In this document: one piece after another, positions 29,679 to 44,392 of the stretch
Layout: every line of letters begins with the position of its first letter
How positions within the stretch are numbered: position 1 is the stretch's first letter
Source: Schmidtea polychroa
Lineage: Eukaryota
Assembly (NCBI GenBank): GCA_044892525.1
Contig: CM097885.1
Coordinates: forward strand, 10,294,001-10,358,000
DNA length: 64,000 nt
Direction of reading: 5' to 3'
The notes under the pieces: model-generated
Databases searched by the model: none
Seen by the model: the letters and a program-made list of their open reading frames with translations, nothing else
What the model was told of the DNA's origin: nothing
Position numbers and translations under genes: made by a program

Positions 29679-30384
29679 CAGTATTTCCCAAACCCGGGTA
29701 CGCGATGGAATTTTGGGGGGTACGCAGGCCTTTTCAATCTTCTATTATCTAAATATTAAAAGAAAAATAAAAAAAATTTAATTAGATTAAATTATCTTAT
29801 TAAAATTTTATTAATACAGAAAAATATAAATATAATCTTGTTGGTTATAGAATGGATAAGATATCCATTTGATATTAATCGATGCCATAAGAATTATCAT
29901 ATGTAGAAGAATAAAGCTTATTAGAAATATCTTCAGATGGTTTCTTGAAAAATAAGCATATGAAATGCTCTTTGCCATCATTCTGGTTACACCTACAATC
30001 AACATATTCTTCTTTATCAGAAAAGGCCCTGAAATGCATCTTTCCTTTTCCAACATCATATTTATGTGAAGTCGCTTTTTCTACATTTGTAGATATTAAA
30101 TCGAAAAAATGAAATAGGCTTTTAGATGTTGAATCTTATCTAAGATTAAAATTAACCAACAGAGAAACAAATTATGATGAATTATTATCTAAGCATAAGC
30201 AATTTCATCCTTCTCATTAATTACAATAAATTAAGTATAGTATTTTTTATTTTACAATATTTCAGTTATAAAAGTATTTAATTATTTATTAATGCTATTA
30301 ATTTAAAGGTCGTATATTTAAAAAAAATTTAATCATTATAAAAAATTTTAAAGCAAAGGGGTACCAAAAGTTTGGAAAACACTG
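29679..30384 (+). mobile_element. Internally deleted hAT element
   Basis: TIRs CAGTATTTCCCAAAC / GTTTGGAAAACACTG; TSD GTGGAAAA/GTGTAAAA; residual transposase C-terminus (...KQFHPSH*) near 30190-30220. Confidence 0.75.
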
Positions 30385-33300
30385 GTGTAAAAAAACCAAA
30401 AGAATAAATAATTTGCATATTATCAAAGATTTTATTTTGTTTATTCTTTCTGGAGTTTTTTCAATAAATATGGTATTGTGGATTTGCCATAACTAAGAGA
30501 ACTTTGGATAACAAGGTTCTGTAAAAACAGCATAAAGAAAGAATCAGACACGTTGGATGTAATGTGCGTCTTCTGATTTCTGTTTGGACAATAACAAGAA
30601 GCAGTGCTGTGCTTGAACAACGATATGGTAGCAAATAAAAGCTTTCTCATTACAAAATAGAATTCACCTTCATTGAATCCAATTCAAGAGCCAGAAAAAT
30701 TCCCGAAATCATTGTAACTTGTGAACTCAATTTGAACATTTGAAAAATACTCAATGGCATTCGAATAATAGGACGACATTTGTAAAATCCAAAAACCAGA
30801 AATATTGAAAACAAAATTAGTAGCTTCTTTTTTTTGAGAATTTCAATTTCGACAAAGCGTAGTAAATTATAAAACTCAAAATTACAAAATTACCAAAGCT
30901 ATATATAAGACCTACTACAATATCTATTCAATATTTAAACAAACATTTTTTTAATTCTAACATGAATTAATTTAACACCCAAATTTTGTCGAATCATCCT
31001 ACAAAGAATCCAAACAATTGGGCTGCCAATCGTTATATTTATCATGGTTCAAATTTTGATCCAAGGTAGATAACTAATAAATTCACTATAAACCGAGGAG
31101 CTAAAATAGCTATTTTCTGTCATGATTGGCAAAATGATTAATGAAATATAAACGGAATTGTCAGATGAATATTTATAAATGAGCCTTATTGAAGGCAGAA
31201 TTATATTTTGGAATTGCTCAAGCGATATCACATAAGCTCGAAACTTTGAGATTTTATGGATTCAGAGATCGAAACTAGAACAATTAACTTGAAGCAATTT
31301 AATGAATGAAACTGCTAAGGAAGAATCGATTAAATTCTCTCTGTCCTGCAATGGATCTGCTGTGTTCTCGACTGATGGATAATGAAGAAAAACTAAGGGT
31401 TTTCTGTAGCATTCATAATGCTTGGAATGTCGTCATAATTCAGAACCCAACAATACACTTTCGGAAGAAAGACGATTGTAAATAATGATGAAAACTGAAA
31501 TTCCAAATTCGAATTGAGACATAGAAAAATTGTATCAATTATTAACAATAAATCAAATTCCAAAGTCAAATTCAAAAAAACTATTTACAAAAAACTTTTA
31601 ATAATATATTTAAATGTTTATTTTACAAAATTTTTTAATTTATCACAAAAACTTTATTTTTTTTTGTTTTATATTTTTTATGAAAAAGTAAAACTTTTTA
31701 GCCCTGAAAATATTATGGTGGAAAAAATTAAACTAATTTGAAGAATATAATACTTATTTATATAGTTAATGAAATAAAAACATTAAAAATGTTTTCGTTA
31801 ATATTTATTAATTTTCGAATAATAAATATTCATCATAAAATCTCCTCTAGGGTTATTTTGGAATTTTTATAGAGGTTTTCAGCACTGAGTTCAGAAATAA
31901 ACGGTGACTGTAATATGGCGACCATTTTATTAGCTAATTTTGCAATACAAACCAATTTTGAAGTTATTATTTTGTAATGATTAAAATAATTTTTAAAAAA
32001 TTTTATTATTTACTAATAATAGTTTACCTAATTGAATTTTCCATAAAAATATCATATCTAAGATCAATGTTCAGATCAAATGATTCAGATCAAAAATGAT
32101 AAGATTAAATGATTTTGTTAAAAATAAATATTAAATTGCATTTAAATAATTGCATAAACATTTTACAAATAAAAATAAAAATATTTAAATTAAATGGCTA
32201 AATTACAAATAACTTCTATTGACTTGTATTGTATGACAATTAAACACACTACAAAAATGTGTTAGAACAAAATCGGATTTACCAAGTTACACAAACCAGC
32301 AATTGATATGCATTTAAATGACATTGATTTCGCTTTTCACAATATTAATATTAACTTACCTATAATAAATTTGTGTATGTGTGTGTATCACAGCCAGAAC
32401 TGATATTGAATTAGCTTCGTTACATTAAATAGGCTCTTACACTATAGAAAGATAGAAAAAAATTGATGATAGAAGAAAAATAAATAAATACACACAAACA
32501 TGGTTCACAACATTTCTATAACAAAAAATACACACAATTGGACATTGAGTAAGCTTCCTGACACTTAATAAGCTTTAAATATTCAATATATTGGATGGTT
32601 CTTTGAAATTAATTATTTCCAGCTCAAGAAATCCATAGAAATGTGTAGTTTCTTATTAAACTTTAGTTAATTTATAAAACCTTTCTATAGAATAACCATA
32701 GATGATAAAATAAGATTATTGACAAAATAGAAAATAGGCCATATTCTTGGAATCAAAAAGAAAACAGTTACGTGTTAAAATAAAATATAGAAAGACTCTA
32801 ATTTAATAAATAAATTAAATAAAAAATGACTTACTTTTTTATCATAAAATCTTAAAGATAATTTAAAATAGTTATATTAAATGAAAGAAATAAGAATAAA
32901 TCCTTTAACATACATAAAATTTAACATAAAATTTTATATTAGTATTAAAACCAAAGCAAAGCTCAATTGATTTATCTTATTTAATGCCAATATAATGATT
33001 ATCAATTGCGCTTTGGTGTATTATGGATTTCGACAAAAAACTTTAATGGATGTATTTTCTGTAAGGGATGTATCTTATTTCAATTTTGACTGTTTGTTTT
33101 AGTATATTTCAGTGACTAGCAATCTTTGTGAAGTTTGTACCTCGCTCTAACCCCACGTGCTCTTTAGTTAAATTAAAACAATGGCATCCAATAGAATAGA
33201 ATTAATTTTATTTAACCACAATTTTAATAATACTGTCAGGAATGCTTTTACTTTTATTTGCACCTTAAATAAAAGTGTTAAGGTAGGTATTTCCAAGGAA

Positions 33301-34884
33301 AAACTATCTTTTCTGTTACAACTTTAATTGATTTGATTTGCTAACTCTAACTTTGGTCTTTGTCTATTCTTTGAATAACTCTATTCTAAATTTTATCTTT
33401 GACCAACTGACGATTGACTATTATTGTCTCTGTTTTTTATACTAGTCTCCCCTAAAATTTTCGCAAACAAAATAATTATTTAAACTTTATTGGGCTGAAA
33501 ACAAGATAATATAATATTGAGAAAAACTAATTTTTTTATTGATTATTTTTTCTTGATAATCTTATTATTTTTTCATTTACCGCTCGGGTTCTCAAAATGT
33601 CGAGAATTTTCCACTTACGTTGAAAAACAAAAGCTCTTTCCATTACCTATAAATATTTAATTATAATAACATCCAATATCTATTTTATAAAGTAATTACT
33701 CGTTGAGTCTATTTACTTTTTAATGCACCACGTAGCTATTATTTATTTATTTTTAATTAATTTGCATTTTTTGAATATCTTTTTCTTGGGACCTACATTG
33801 ATTTTATATTATAACATTTGAATTCGTCGTATTACTTTTCAACCTTACATACTTATTTACCGCGAAATAAGTCACTTTTTATTTTTTCCAATTTTTAAAT
33901 TTTTAAAATTAATTTATTTATTTTTAATTTTTTAAGTTTGTTATATTATCGATTTGTATATTTAAATTTATTGTATATTTACATTTTGCACCACTTTAGA
34001 TGACCTTCAACATAACATATGCTAGGCTACATATAATTTTACGCATACACAAAAAATGTCACCATTTAAACAAGCACATAATTTATGCTAGGAAAATAAT
34101 TTTATCCGTTTTCAACAAATATAATAGTTGGTTTTCGCGATTTTTTTTTTCGCGATCCTTTTTATACTCAATACCCGACTTACAGTGTAAACATGATGAG
34201 AATACGGTATTTCCATGTTAGCCGGTATTCTGGAAGAATCTTTTGCCCAAAAAAACTTTCAAAATTAAAATAATTTTGCAACACACAGATTGGAAGACCT
34301 TGACACTAATAACCTAATAAAATGTTGGGATATTTGTACGAATTGTGATGTCACTCGCTCTGGTTAATATTTACCTTTTTATTTCCATTCTTTTTCATTT
34401 GATATTAAAAGTCAAATAAAACTTTTTCTATGAAATTAATTCATTTAATTTATAAATAATACTAGAAAATATTCATAAAAGATCATAGAATTGTTTACTT
34501 GATTCAATAATGAGATCCTCAGTAAATAACAAAAATCCCTTTGTACATAGATTTGAATCGGAAAAATTAATCAAATACACAAAATATGTTTTGTGTATGA
34601 ATTTTGTTTTGATACGAGTCTTTTTATGAATTTATTTTTGTTTGTTTGAAATGTAAGCCATTAATGTTGATTATTTTATATTTTTAGAAATAATTTTGTT
34701 TGAATTTTGCTAATTTATTGAGACCTTTAGTTATCGAAAATAAACATTAATGATAATTTTAGTAACAATTTATAATAACATATAGACAATATATATTATT
34801 ATATTAACAATATTATTATAATATAGAGAGGGCATAATTATGTATTATGTATTATAAGCTTTATATCATATTTATTATTTTTAT

Positions 34885-35137
34885 TGTATCGACTAATTTT
34901 TTAGTTCGCAGAGGTGATTATGATTTTTCATACGCGATGTTTACAAGTTTACATATTTTCTGTGACCAAGCTAATAAGCAAGAGGTGTGATTCTCAGTAT
35001 ACCAGGAAAAGTATGCTATAAAGCTGAATCAGCAATATTTTATACTTACCTGGCGCGAAGAGAAATCTTCGCGTCTCCTGCATTGTACCGATGAGAGGCA
35101 GAAGCTCGAAACTAGTCTACCACTGGAATTTGCACTG
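34885..35137 (+). mobile_element. U1-headed hammerhead repeat, copy 1 (core mutated)
   Basis: 157-bp flank shared with copy 5; ATACTTACCTGGCG at 35042; hairpin CGCGAAGA-GAAA-TCTTCGCG; core CCGATGA...GAAACTAGTC. Confidence 0.85.
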
Positions 35138-35357
35138 TTGAGAAGATAGGTAAATAACGCGTAAATTATGTAATTATATCTCGGTTTACTGATTAACTTT
35201 GAATTAAATTTCAGTGAATTCGGTATATTATGTCTTTGCTCTATTTCCCTTTTTGCCTCATCGAAACTGATTAGTCGACTGAATTACGTTATTAAAACAA
35301 AATTGGTTAAATAATCATTCCAATAAAATAATAATAATAAATAACATTATTTTCTTC

Positions 35358-35520
<163 letters not shown>

Positions 35521-35536
35521 TATTAAATATTTTTAG

Positions 35537-35621
35537 AACCAAACAGTCCTCAGTCGTCACACGGCCAAAGATATGATTCCATTGAGGATCAGTGGATTCA
35601 GTTCTAAACATATTTATGTTG
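35537..35621 (+). CDS. Possible 5' exon of the Sema-domain gene
   Basis: TTTTAG acceptor, GTGAGT donor, open frame ending KHIYV(G), like the LYVG motif of Sema domains; link to downstream exons not resolved. Confidence 0.4.
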
Positions 35622-36716
35622 GTGAGTTTATGGCATTTTTATTTTATCATAATCTTTTGATAATTTAAAATGAAATCTTTAATGAAATTATATAAAAAAA
35701 ATACAAAAGATATTTTGAAATTTATAATTTCTGAATCACCTTTATTGATATATTTTGCAACTAATTAAAGTTCCGTAAAAAGGTTTCCAGGCGGGACTGT
35801 TAATTACTAGAGTTTGAAGTGGGTTGTTTTTTATTTCTGAAGGTCCACTCAATCTCTTAAAGACTTATCCGATTTGTGTATGAAATGAAAACCATCTCAA
35901 TATATAATAAATAATAAACTTATAAAATGCAGCATAAATAATTAGCATTATTTTTACAAAATGAAGATTCAGTATTTGGTGATGTCATTAGAAATATCAA
36001 AATTAGATGCCCAACAAAAGCAAAGTTCTTGGCAAGATTTTTAAGTTTGATGTCAAAGAATACCATTTGAGACACAATGAAATATATCATTTACTCTTTT
36101 GTTCACCGTTGATTTGTTTTTATTTCCTTTTAAAATTTTATTTATTTTTTTATACTAGAAATCAATTAGTTTTCCTGCGTACTACAAATTGATATATAGT
36201 TGTCATGAAAATAAATGAAATTACTAGACAATGTTAACAGATAAATATCCTAATCACTGCATTTGTGCTGGAAATTCCAGTAATATTCCAGATTATGTAA
36301 ACATATATATATATAAACATAATTAATATTTGGAAGTGAATTCTCCATTTTCGTAATTAAAAATTTAAAAATATTGCTTATTATAAAAAATAATATAAAA
36401 TCACCTTTGAATTGCTTTGATCGAAAATAACATTTCGAATGATTGCTAATGTTACTCCAGGAAATTTATCAACCTTTTTTCCATAATAGTAGCAATTATA
36501 GCCGTCATTAGATCCTATAATTGTTGATAATAATGATAATTATGATTTGTTAGCAGATCTCATCAAATTTATGATCACTGACAGTTGAGTCTGAAGTTTC
36601 TGTAATTCATTAGATTTGAGCATTAAACCATTTACGGAAATGATTTACTGAACTAAGCATGAATATAATCACTGATCCGTGCGTGCCATATTGATAATAA
36701 TGAAAATAATAATGAA

Positions 36717-36828
<112 letters not shown>

Positions 36829-37478
36829 AAGCATTCATAACTATAGTAGTTTTAAAATCATATGAATTGTAATAATAAAACATTTTGTAGAACAAGGATT
36901 ATATACAGAATGATTGAAAATATGTCATATTATTAATATTCTCTTTCGCATTTCATTATAGCAGTATTTACATAATAAATCAAGAAATTATTCAGAGATT
37001 AAATTCTCCTAAGGAACTTTGATTGAAATATTTTTTAATAAGTAAAAGGATAAATTATTTACAATTTTAACTTTTCCAAAAAAATAATTAATATTTGTCC
37101 CTTAAAATAAAATCTGGAAATGAAGAAAAATATCAAAATAATTTATTTTTCTTGTTCAACTTTCACCAGTTGAAATCAATAAAAAATACAAAAACAAGTA
37201 TAGAATGATGGGAGATAAATAATATCGCATTTAGATAATATTCTACAGTAAAATTTTATAATAATAAAAATTAAGATTGTTATTACCACATTAAAATTTA
37301 TAAATTATAATAATAATAACTTCCTCTCATTTCAATATATAAAATGCCAAGTGATGAAGCTGAAAAATATGACGAAGCATATAATAATATTTAACTTAAT
37401 ATCCTGCCTAATGACAATATGTAAATGATCAATCCTCCCATATTAGGTGATTTCTGTCATTAGAGGTAAATTTTGGGT

Positions 37479-37510
<32 letters not shown>

Positions 37511-38154
37511 CGCTATTCTCTCTCAAAAATACCATTTATCTTACCGACAGAAATGATTGTAAAATTTCCCGAAAAATTTCTACTATGAAAATTCTAAATT
37601 CTAATTAAAAATACCAAAAAATATTTCAGAATTGATGATTCTAAATTTTTGTGCAAAACTGTGATTCTGTAAATTGTTTGATCTTAATTAAAAGTTCTAG
37701 ACAGAAATTTTTCTATCGGGAGTTTTCGGATAATTGATCATTTAGGTTTATAAATCAGTAGTAATTATGATAAAATTCAGGCCCCCATTCTACAATTGTC
37801 TTTGTAGAGATTTTCATTTTTGTAATTAAATTACTACATTTTATACGTATTGGTTATATGGAAGTATTTTTAATTAATTTGTTTTCATTTTGTAATTTCT
37901 TCGTCTTTATTTAAAATTACTCGATTAAAACAAAATCTCAATAATTATAGAAAATATATAATACTTACCTAATATTTTTTTTCTTTCAAACTCAAGAAAT
38001 ATAATAACAAGTTACAGAAAAAATTTAAGATATTAGATTTTAGAATAAAAATACAATTTAACTATTACATTATAATATCAATTTCTTTATTTTTATTTGA
38101 TAGGACAATAAATTATTATTTAAAACCAATTTTCGGTGAAATGTTTATAAAGTT

Positions 38155-38308
38155 TACCAGGGAAAGTATGCAATAAAGTTGAATCATCAATATTGTATAC
38201 TTACCTGGCGTGATGAGAAATCTTCGCGTCTACCGCATAGTACTGATGAGAGCCAAAAGCTCGAAACTTGTCAACTATTGGGATTTGTACTGGGTATCAA
38301 AAAGCTTT
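38155..38308 (+). mobile_element. U1-headed hammerhead repeat, copy 2
   Basis: ATACTTACCTGGCG at 38197; CTGATGA (38243) GAGC-CAAAA-GCTC GAAA CTTG TC; followed closely by (TTA)n. Confidence 0.88.
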
Positions 38309-38333
38309 TGTTGCTTATATTATCTTATTATTA

Positions 38334-38432
<99 letters not shown>

Positions 38433-38505
38433 TATTATAATAAATTATCACTGATAAGTGTTTCAATTAAGAGACGATATTTAAACTTGATGTCATATTT
38501 AACAG

Positions 38506-38747
38506 GTTCTCATATTGTTAGTGCTCTACATAATAATTATGGACGAGCTTATATTGCACTCCATTATAACCGATCTGTCACCCACCATCCAGGATCTCCT
38601 CTAGTTACACCCCCGTCAAGTTTTTCCTATGGAAAAGTCAACTTCCTTCAGATATCAAAATTCAAGGATAAAATCTATTTCATTTTCACAGAAACCGCCT
38701 CGGAATTCGTCAACTACCACAATGCATTCTTTGACAAATATAAACCT
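38506..38747 (+). CDS. Exon of divergent semaphorin/plexin-like (Sema domain) gene
   Basis: CAG acceptor, GTAAGT donor; VNFLQISKFKDKIYFIFTETASEF matches the semaphorin F(V)...D.(I/V)YFFFRE.A.E motif. Confidence 0.8.
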
Positions 38748-40240
38748 GTAAGTTTTATATCTTTCTTTGAAAACTTTCTTTCAAATTTGAATATTTTTCC
38801 TTCTGTAGAAAATAATGTAAGAGAACTATTGGACTATTATTACAAAATTATTACAATCATTGAATGAATATCATCAAAATCTAATTCAAATAAATAGTTA
38901 AGCCATTTCAGCACTATTTTATAAAAAAAACTGATGGATTTTCAACTTTCATTAAGCAACAAGAAAAGTAAAAGAAAGATGTAATTAAAATGGAAGAAAG
39001 AGAGAGAAAGAGCAGTTATATTTCTTATTGGATTGATCAAGAATTATTGTAAATTAAAATATTTTTCCACTTTTCAATTCTATTAAACTTAATACGTTGA
39101 CTGCCAAGCCCTTTTCAAGAAAACTTCCCAGAGGTTCAAGATTTTTTTTTGTTTGAGGTATTTTTCAAATCAAACTTGATTAAAAAGTTATTTTGTACTA
39201 ATTAAAAAAGTTAAAAATAAAGTTAGAAATTACGGATATTTTAAATATTGTGCAGCACTCATCAGGGGCTGTCACCAATGAGGGGGTGATGACATTTAGA
39301 TTTCGTGTCTCTCAGGAGCCCTGTAACCTATGTATAAGTTATGCAGTGTTTTGCCTGACTCAGGAGCCATGTCACCCATATATGGGTGACGCTCTTAACT
39401 TTTATGTTAACAATTATATTTTTTTCTACATATAATTTTACAAAGGATTTTCCCAATTTATTATAAATTTCTTTAGTGGATTTCAAAGATTTATATCTCA
39501 TTTGAATAAATAACCTCTACAAATTGATACTATTGATTTGCCAGTTTTAGATGATTTCAATATTTTTAACTCATTCGAATCGTAACAATCTTCACTGCAA
39601 ATTAATACTAACAAATTCAAAATTTCAACAAAATAAAACAAACATATTACTCGGGACATACAAAAACTAGTTGACAATATTCATTTTCAAAATAATTATT
39701 CAAGTTTAGCCAAATCAAATCTTTATAACTTAATTTTACCTTCATCCGTCCCTCGGGTCTTTTTCGATCCGAAGCGATTTTGTTTTGCAAATATATCATA
39801 AAATATTAATACTAAATATCTGTAATTTTGTGACTTTGATTTTGTTCATATGATAAACTAATTTTGGAAAAGAAAAAAAAATATGATACCTGGATTATCT
39901 CTTGTAAAAAAAGTGTGTTACTTTTTTCGGGTCGAAAATACATACTTGCAGAATTTTTACATTCTGATGAATTCAACAAATTTGAAAGGTATATTTTATT
40001 ATTTCATAATAACATATAAGATAAAAATATGTGAGAAAACTCATAGTTGCATAAATTATGTACCAATTTTATTAATTATGTTATAGTAATATGTAAAATA
40101 TAATATACAAATTTCAAAATATAATATTCGAATAAATTAAACTAATTAGAAAATACAATTTTACTATTTCTTAATAACGTATTAACATAATAACGCACAT
40201 GGAAAAATTTAGATTATGTACAAAGTTTATTAATCATGTT

Positions 40241-41190
40241 ACACCTAATTCCGAAATTTAGTAACTTCTATAATCTAAAGAAAATCAATAAATTTATAGT
40301 ATAGGAGCACACAAACTTACCTGTGTGTAGAAATTTATTGTTCCGAAATTTAATAACTTTATTATATGATTTGTTAAGGTGAGAGAAAAATAATTGAACC
40401 AACACAAAACACATAATGAAAACGCATGCAAATTTATTATAGCTTTTTTTGTTCCGAAATAAATAACCATTAACATATTGTTAACATATTGTTAAAATAT
40501 AATTATTTTGAAATTATTAAAATATTTTGTAGGAAAATACTTTTAATTTAGAATACGACAGCTCTACCTTAAGCTTCAGAGAAAAAGAAGAAAATACATC
40601 ATAAAATTCAATTATAAAATAATTTAGAATATAAACTCTTTAGATTTACAGATATTTCTCAGGATACCTTGCCTTTTCGCGAAGGTGGAAATCTGACAAT
40701 GTAAGATTTATTCATTAAATTACAAAACAGAAAGAAATTCACAATTCGTAAATTTAAATAAATTATTTCATTATTTCATTATAAAAATTATAAAATTCAG
40801 CCTTTCCCTCTTTCCTAATTATATTAAAAAATCAATGTCTTCGGTGATTAGTTAATTTTATATCTAACTTACATTTTATTGAAATAATTCCAAATAAATT
40901 CATAAAATGTCAAAATTCCTAAAATACACATGAAATTTATTTATCAATATGTTATATTATAAATGCTGAATAACAGTAATATTTAAGAACTTGAATAATG
41001 ATCTCATAATTATAAAATCAAAATTCAAGTCTTAAAGTTACCTGAAATTAAAAAAATTACCTGAAAACCATTTTTAAGAAATTGAATAAATGAAATTGAG
41101 TAACTTATTTTCACGTAAATGGTGACTCACCTCAACTGGTGTGCACACCAACGTGAATTATAGAGGTTATTAAATTTCGGAATTGGGTGT
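40241..41190. mobile_element. Tc1/pogo-type MITE
   Basis: Imperfect TIRs CACC(T/C)AATTCCGAAATTTA(G/A)TAAC(T/C)TCTATAAT flanked by TA. Confidence 0.6.
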
Positions 41191-41454
41191 ATAACAACAT
41201 GTAAGATAATAACAACGGTCAAAATACAACACGGTTTATAATATGTTGTACAATAATGTATGAATATAAACTGCAAACATTTACAAAATAATCATTATTT
41301 TCCATTCGAAACAAAGTTTTTTAAATCTAAAATAGTACTTTTTAGTAAATGTATAAATATTTTCGATCAGTAAATGTATGAATATTTTTACATACAACAT
41401 TATATAATAACTTGTGATCACTAGTCATCGTAGATTGTGCCATGTCCGTTCTGT

Positions 41455-41880
41455 AAATTACATTATAATAGTCATAACCTTCATAAATTGCCATAGTATG
41501 CGATACACCATCCACAGAATCCGGAACGATACCCTTTGTACGATAAGACACATACAAAAAAGGAACTGCTTGAATAGTAACATACATAGCAGCAACATTG
41601 AATGTTTCAAAAATAATTTGAGTCATTTTTTCTCTGTTAGGTCTGGGATTCAATGGCACTTCATTAAGAAAAACTGGATGTTCATTTGGCGCAAGATTCA
41701 ATTCATTGTAAAATGCATGATGCCTGCTTTCTTTTATAATTCCAGTTCGAACCAATGTTGTGTTCAATTGGAAATTTCAACGTTAAAATACATCCCTTAG
41801 ACTGATTTTTATCATCAACGTAGTTCTCCTTTTAACCCATACCAATCATAACTCCTTGATGTCTTAATCGATCAACAATT
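41455..41880 (-). pseudogene. Actin pseudogene fragment (about residues 34-170)
   Basis: RHQGVMIGMG*K...[10 protein letters not shown], then [42 protein letters not shown]...[12 protein letters not shown]; stop and frameshift; no introns. Confidence 0.92.
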
Positions 41881-42456
41881 TAAAATAGCAGTAAATTCCA
41901 AATTTCAAAAACTTTTATTAATTCAACACAATTTGAAAATTCCACTAACAAAAAAATCCGAATAAACCAAAACATAAAATTAATTCCAAAAAAACTCGAA
42001 ATAATTTCAATTAAAATTCGAAACATCAAAATTGACACACATCAAATTATATCCAACTCGGTACTCGATGTGTGCAAAATCATTGTGCGCACACAAACAC
42101 GAGAACAACAAACAGAACCAAACAACTTGTTTAAATAAAGAATTATCGATTAATAAATCCAGTATAAAAAACAATATAATCTATTAAAAAAAGATATTTC
42201 AAAAATACTTGTTTAATTTGAAAAAAAAAATACTTTGAACTTACATGTTTAATTTTAAGCAAACAGTTAGAATATTAAATATCAAATCACAACAATTAAA
42301 TAATAGTAATTTAGAAAATAACACGAGTGATAAATAATAATTTTTATTTATCAATTGCAAAAATAATGTTATTTTATATAAAATAATTTCTTCAGTTTTA
42401 GTTGTTCTCTTATTGCAAAACTGAAAAAAAACATTTTATTTTAAACAATAGAAAAA

Positions 42457-42746
<290 letters not shown>

Positions 42747-43183
42747 CATCATCATCATCGTCGTTATTATTATATTATCACAAATTATAAAAGTTAATCG
42801 AACATTTTACAACTAGTACTTCATAATCGACTCCTTTTGATTATTTTTGAAATTATTTATTTTCTAATTATTCTTTTGATAAATTAAAATTTGACTTATT
42901 ACTGAATACATAAAAAATTGAATTGATTTTGAAAAGATTATTATATTTTAATAATAAAGAAAATAATTATTTTTTGTTTTGTTTGTTTGAAATTGTATTA
43001 CGGAATTCCTTTCTAAAAATGAAAAAGGTATGAATATTTTATTACGATAGTAAAAAAATTATACCTTTTCTAATTTGGGAAATTATTAGAATTTGATTAA
43101 ATAATTTTGAATATACTTGTAAATATATTTTTAATTATAAATATAAAATAAAAAATTAATGGTTCTTATAATTTAAAATAATG

Positions 43184-43269
<86 letters not shown>

Positions 43270-43284
43270 TATAGTAAAATAGGT

Positions 43285-43740
43285 ATGTAAAATTTTATTA
43301 AAAAATTTCGATAATCATTAGCAACGTGCGATTTGTGAGGCGTTGTTGATAAAGTCATTGAATCCGAAAATTAATGTCCAGAATGCAGTGAATACTTGTA
43401 TTTTAAATGTTTTTAAATAAATTTTTGTATATTGTATGTATTGATTGTTGCTTGTTAAATTAATTAATTAATAAAATTTTTTTAAATTATTAAATTAAAT
43501 TATAAATGTTATAAAATATTTTTTAAAAATAATATATAATTTTAGTTATGATTTTTAAAAATGAAATGTTTTTATTAAATAATAAAATTTTTTTATATAA
43601 TTAATAAAATAAATAAATTTGTTTAAAATCTTTAATTTATATAGTTATTATATTCTACCTGATGATGACAGGAAAACTGTCGAAATATATTGTGAAAAGA
43701 ATGTTTGATTGGTGTTATCTTATAATTATTATTATATTGT
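43285..43740 (+). mobile_element. Penelope-like 3' end/pLTR
   Basis: QRAICEALLIKSLNPKINVQ...VFK* (GIY-YIG tail, related to 27247-27520) followed by an AT-rich tail with a hammerhead motif. Confidence 0.75.
43653..43696 (+). ncRNA. Minimal type I hammerhead motif of Penelope pLTR type
   Basis: CTGATGA-T-GACAG-GAAAA-CTGTC-GAAA-TATA-TT; palindromic ATATAT stem III; partial stem I (TTCTAC/GTGAA). Confidence 0.7.
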
Positions 43741-44261
43741 ATGTTATAAATTGATTATTAACAATGAAATTCTTGAGATGTAAGCTTTGATGAACAAATT
43801 GTTTAAAAAAATTCATTAACCAATATTGGAACGATGAAATAAATTCGTAAGAGGTTGTTGGTAGTCAAATGAGCAATCAATCTTTGAAATCGACCGAGAA
43901 GATATTTGTAAAATTAAGATATTTTTCATGGGGTCAAAAATGTTTTTGTAATTGTAAGTATCATTGATGGTGGTGGCAGGATTTCTCGCTTGGTGTTACA
44001 AGCTCACAACATAGTATTCTTATGTTATTTTATTTTTAGTTTCAGCCAAATTACATTTTATTTTGAATCTTTGCAGACTGTTACATTTCTTATATAGTTC
44101 TTGCGTTTCTCATATATATTACAAATAAGGTACTCACAATTCTTCATTCACATTATATAATCTTTCTTGAATAAGACTTACCATATAATAAAATTTTATC
44201 TTATTTTAACAAATTATATTTTAACAAACTTTAGATTAATTATTATGTTCACTACTTTCAG

Positions 44262-44392
44262 AAAATCCCTTTCACTCGTATAGGCAGAGTATGTCTAGAG
44301 GATAAGCATTTAGATCATTCCTTTTTCACATCTTTCATCAAGTCTACTCTCAATTGCCAGTTATTGCTAGAACAAACTCAATATTCATTAAA
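44262..44392 (+). CDS. Exon of the Sema-domain gene
   Basis: TTTCAG acceptor in phase with 38747; KIPFTRIGRVCLEDKHLDHSFFTSFIKSTLNC matches the SRVARVCKND...TSFLKARLNC hallmark; GTTAGT donor. Confidence 0.88.

Noticed and set aside
35042..35200. Bona fide U1 snRNA gene
   Set aside because: Only the first ~14 nt match U1. No U1-70K loop (GATCACGAAG), Sm site or terminal stem-loop was recognised; a hammerhead follows instead.
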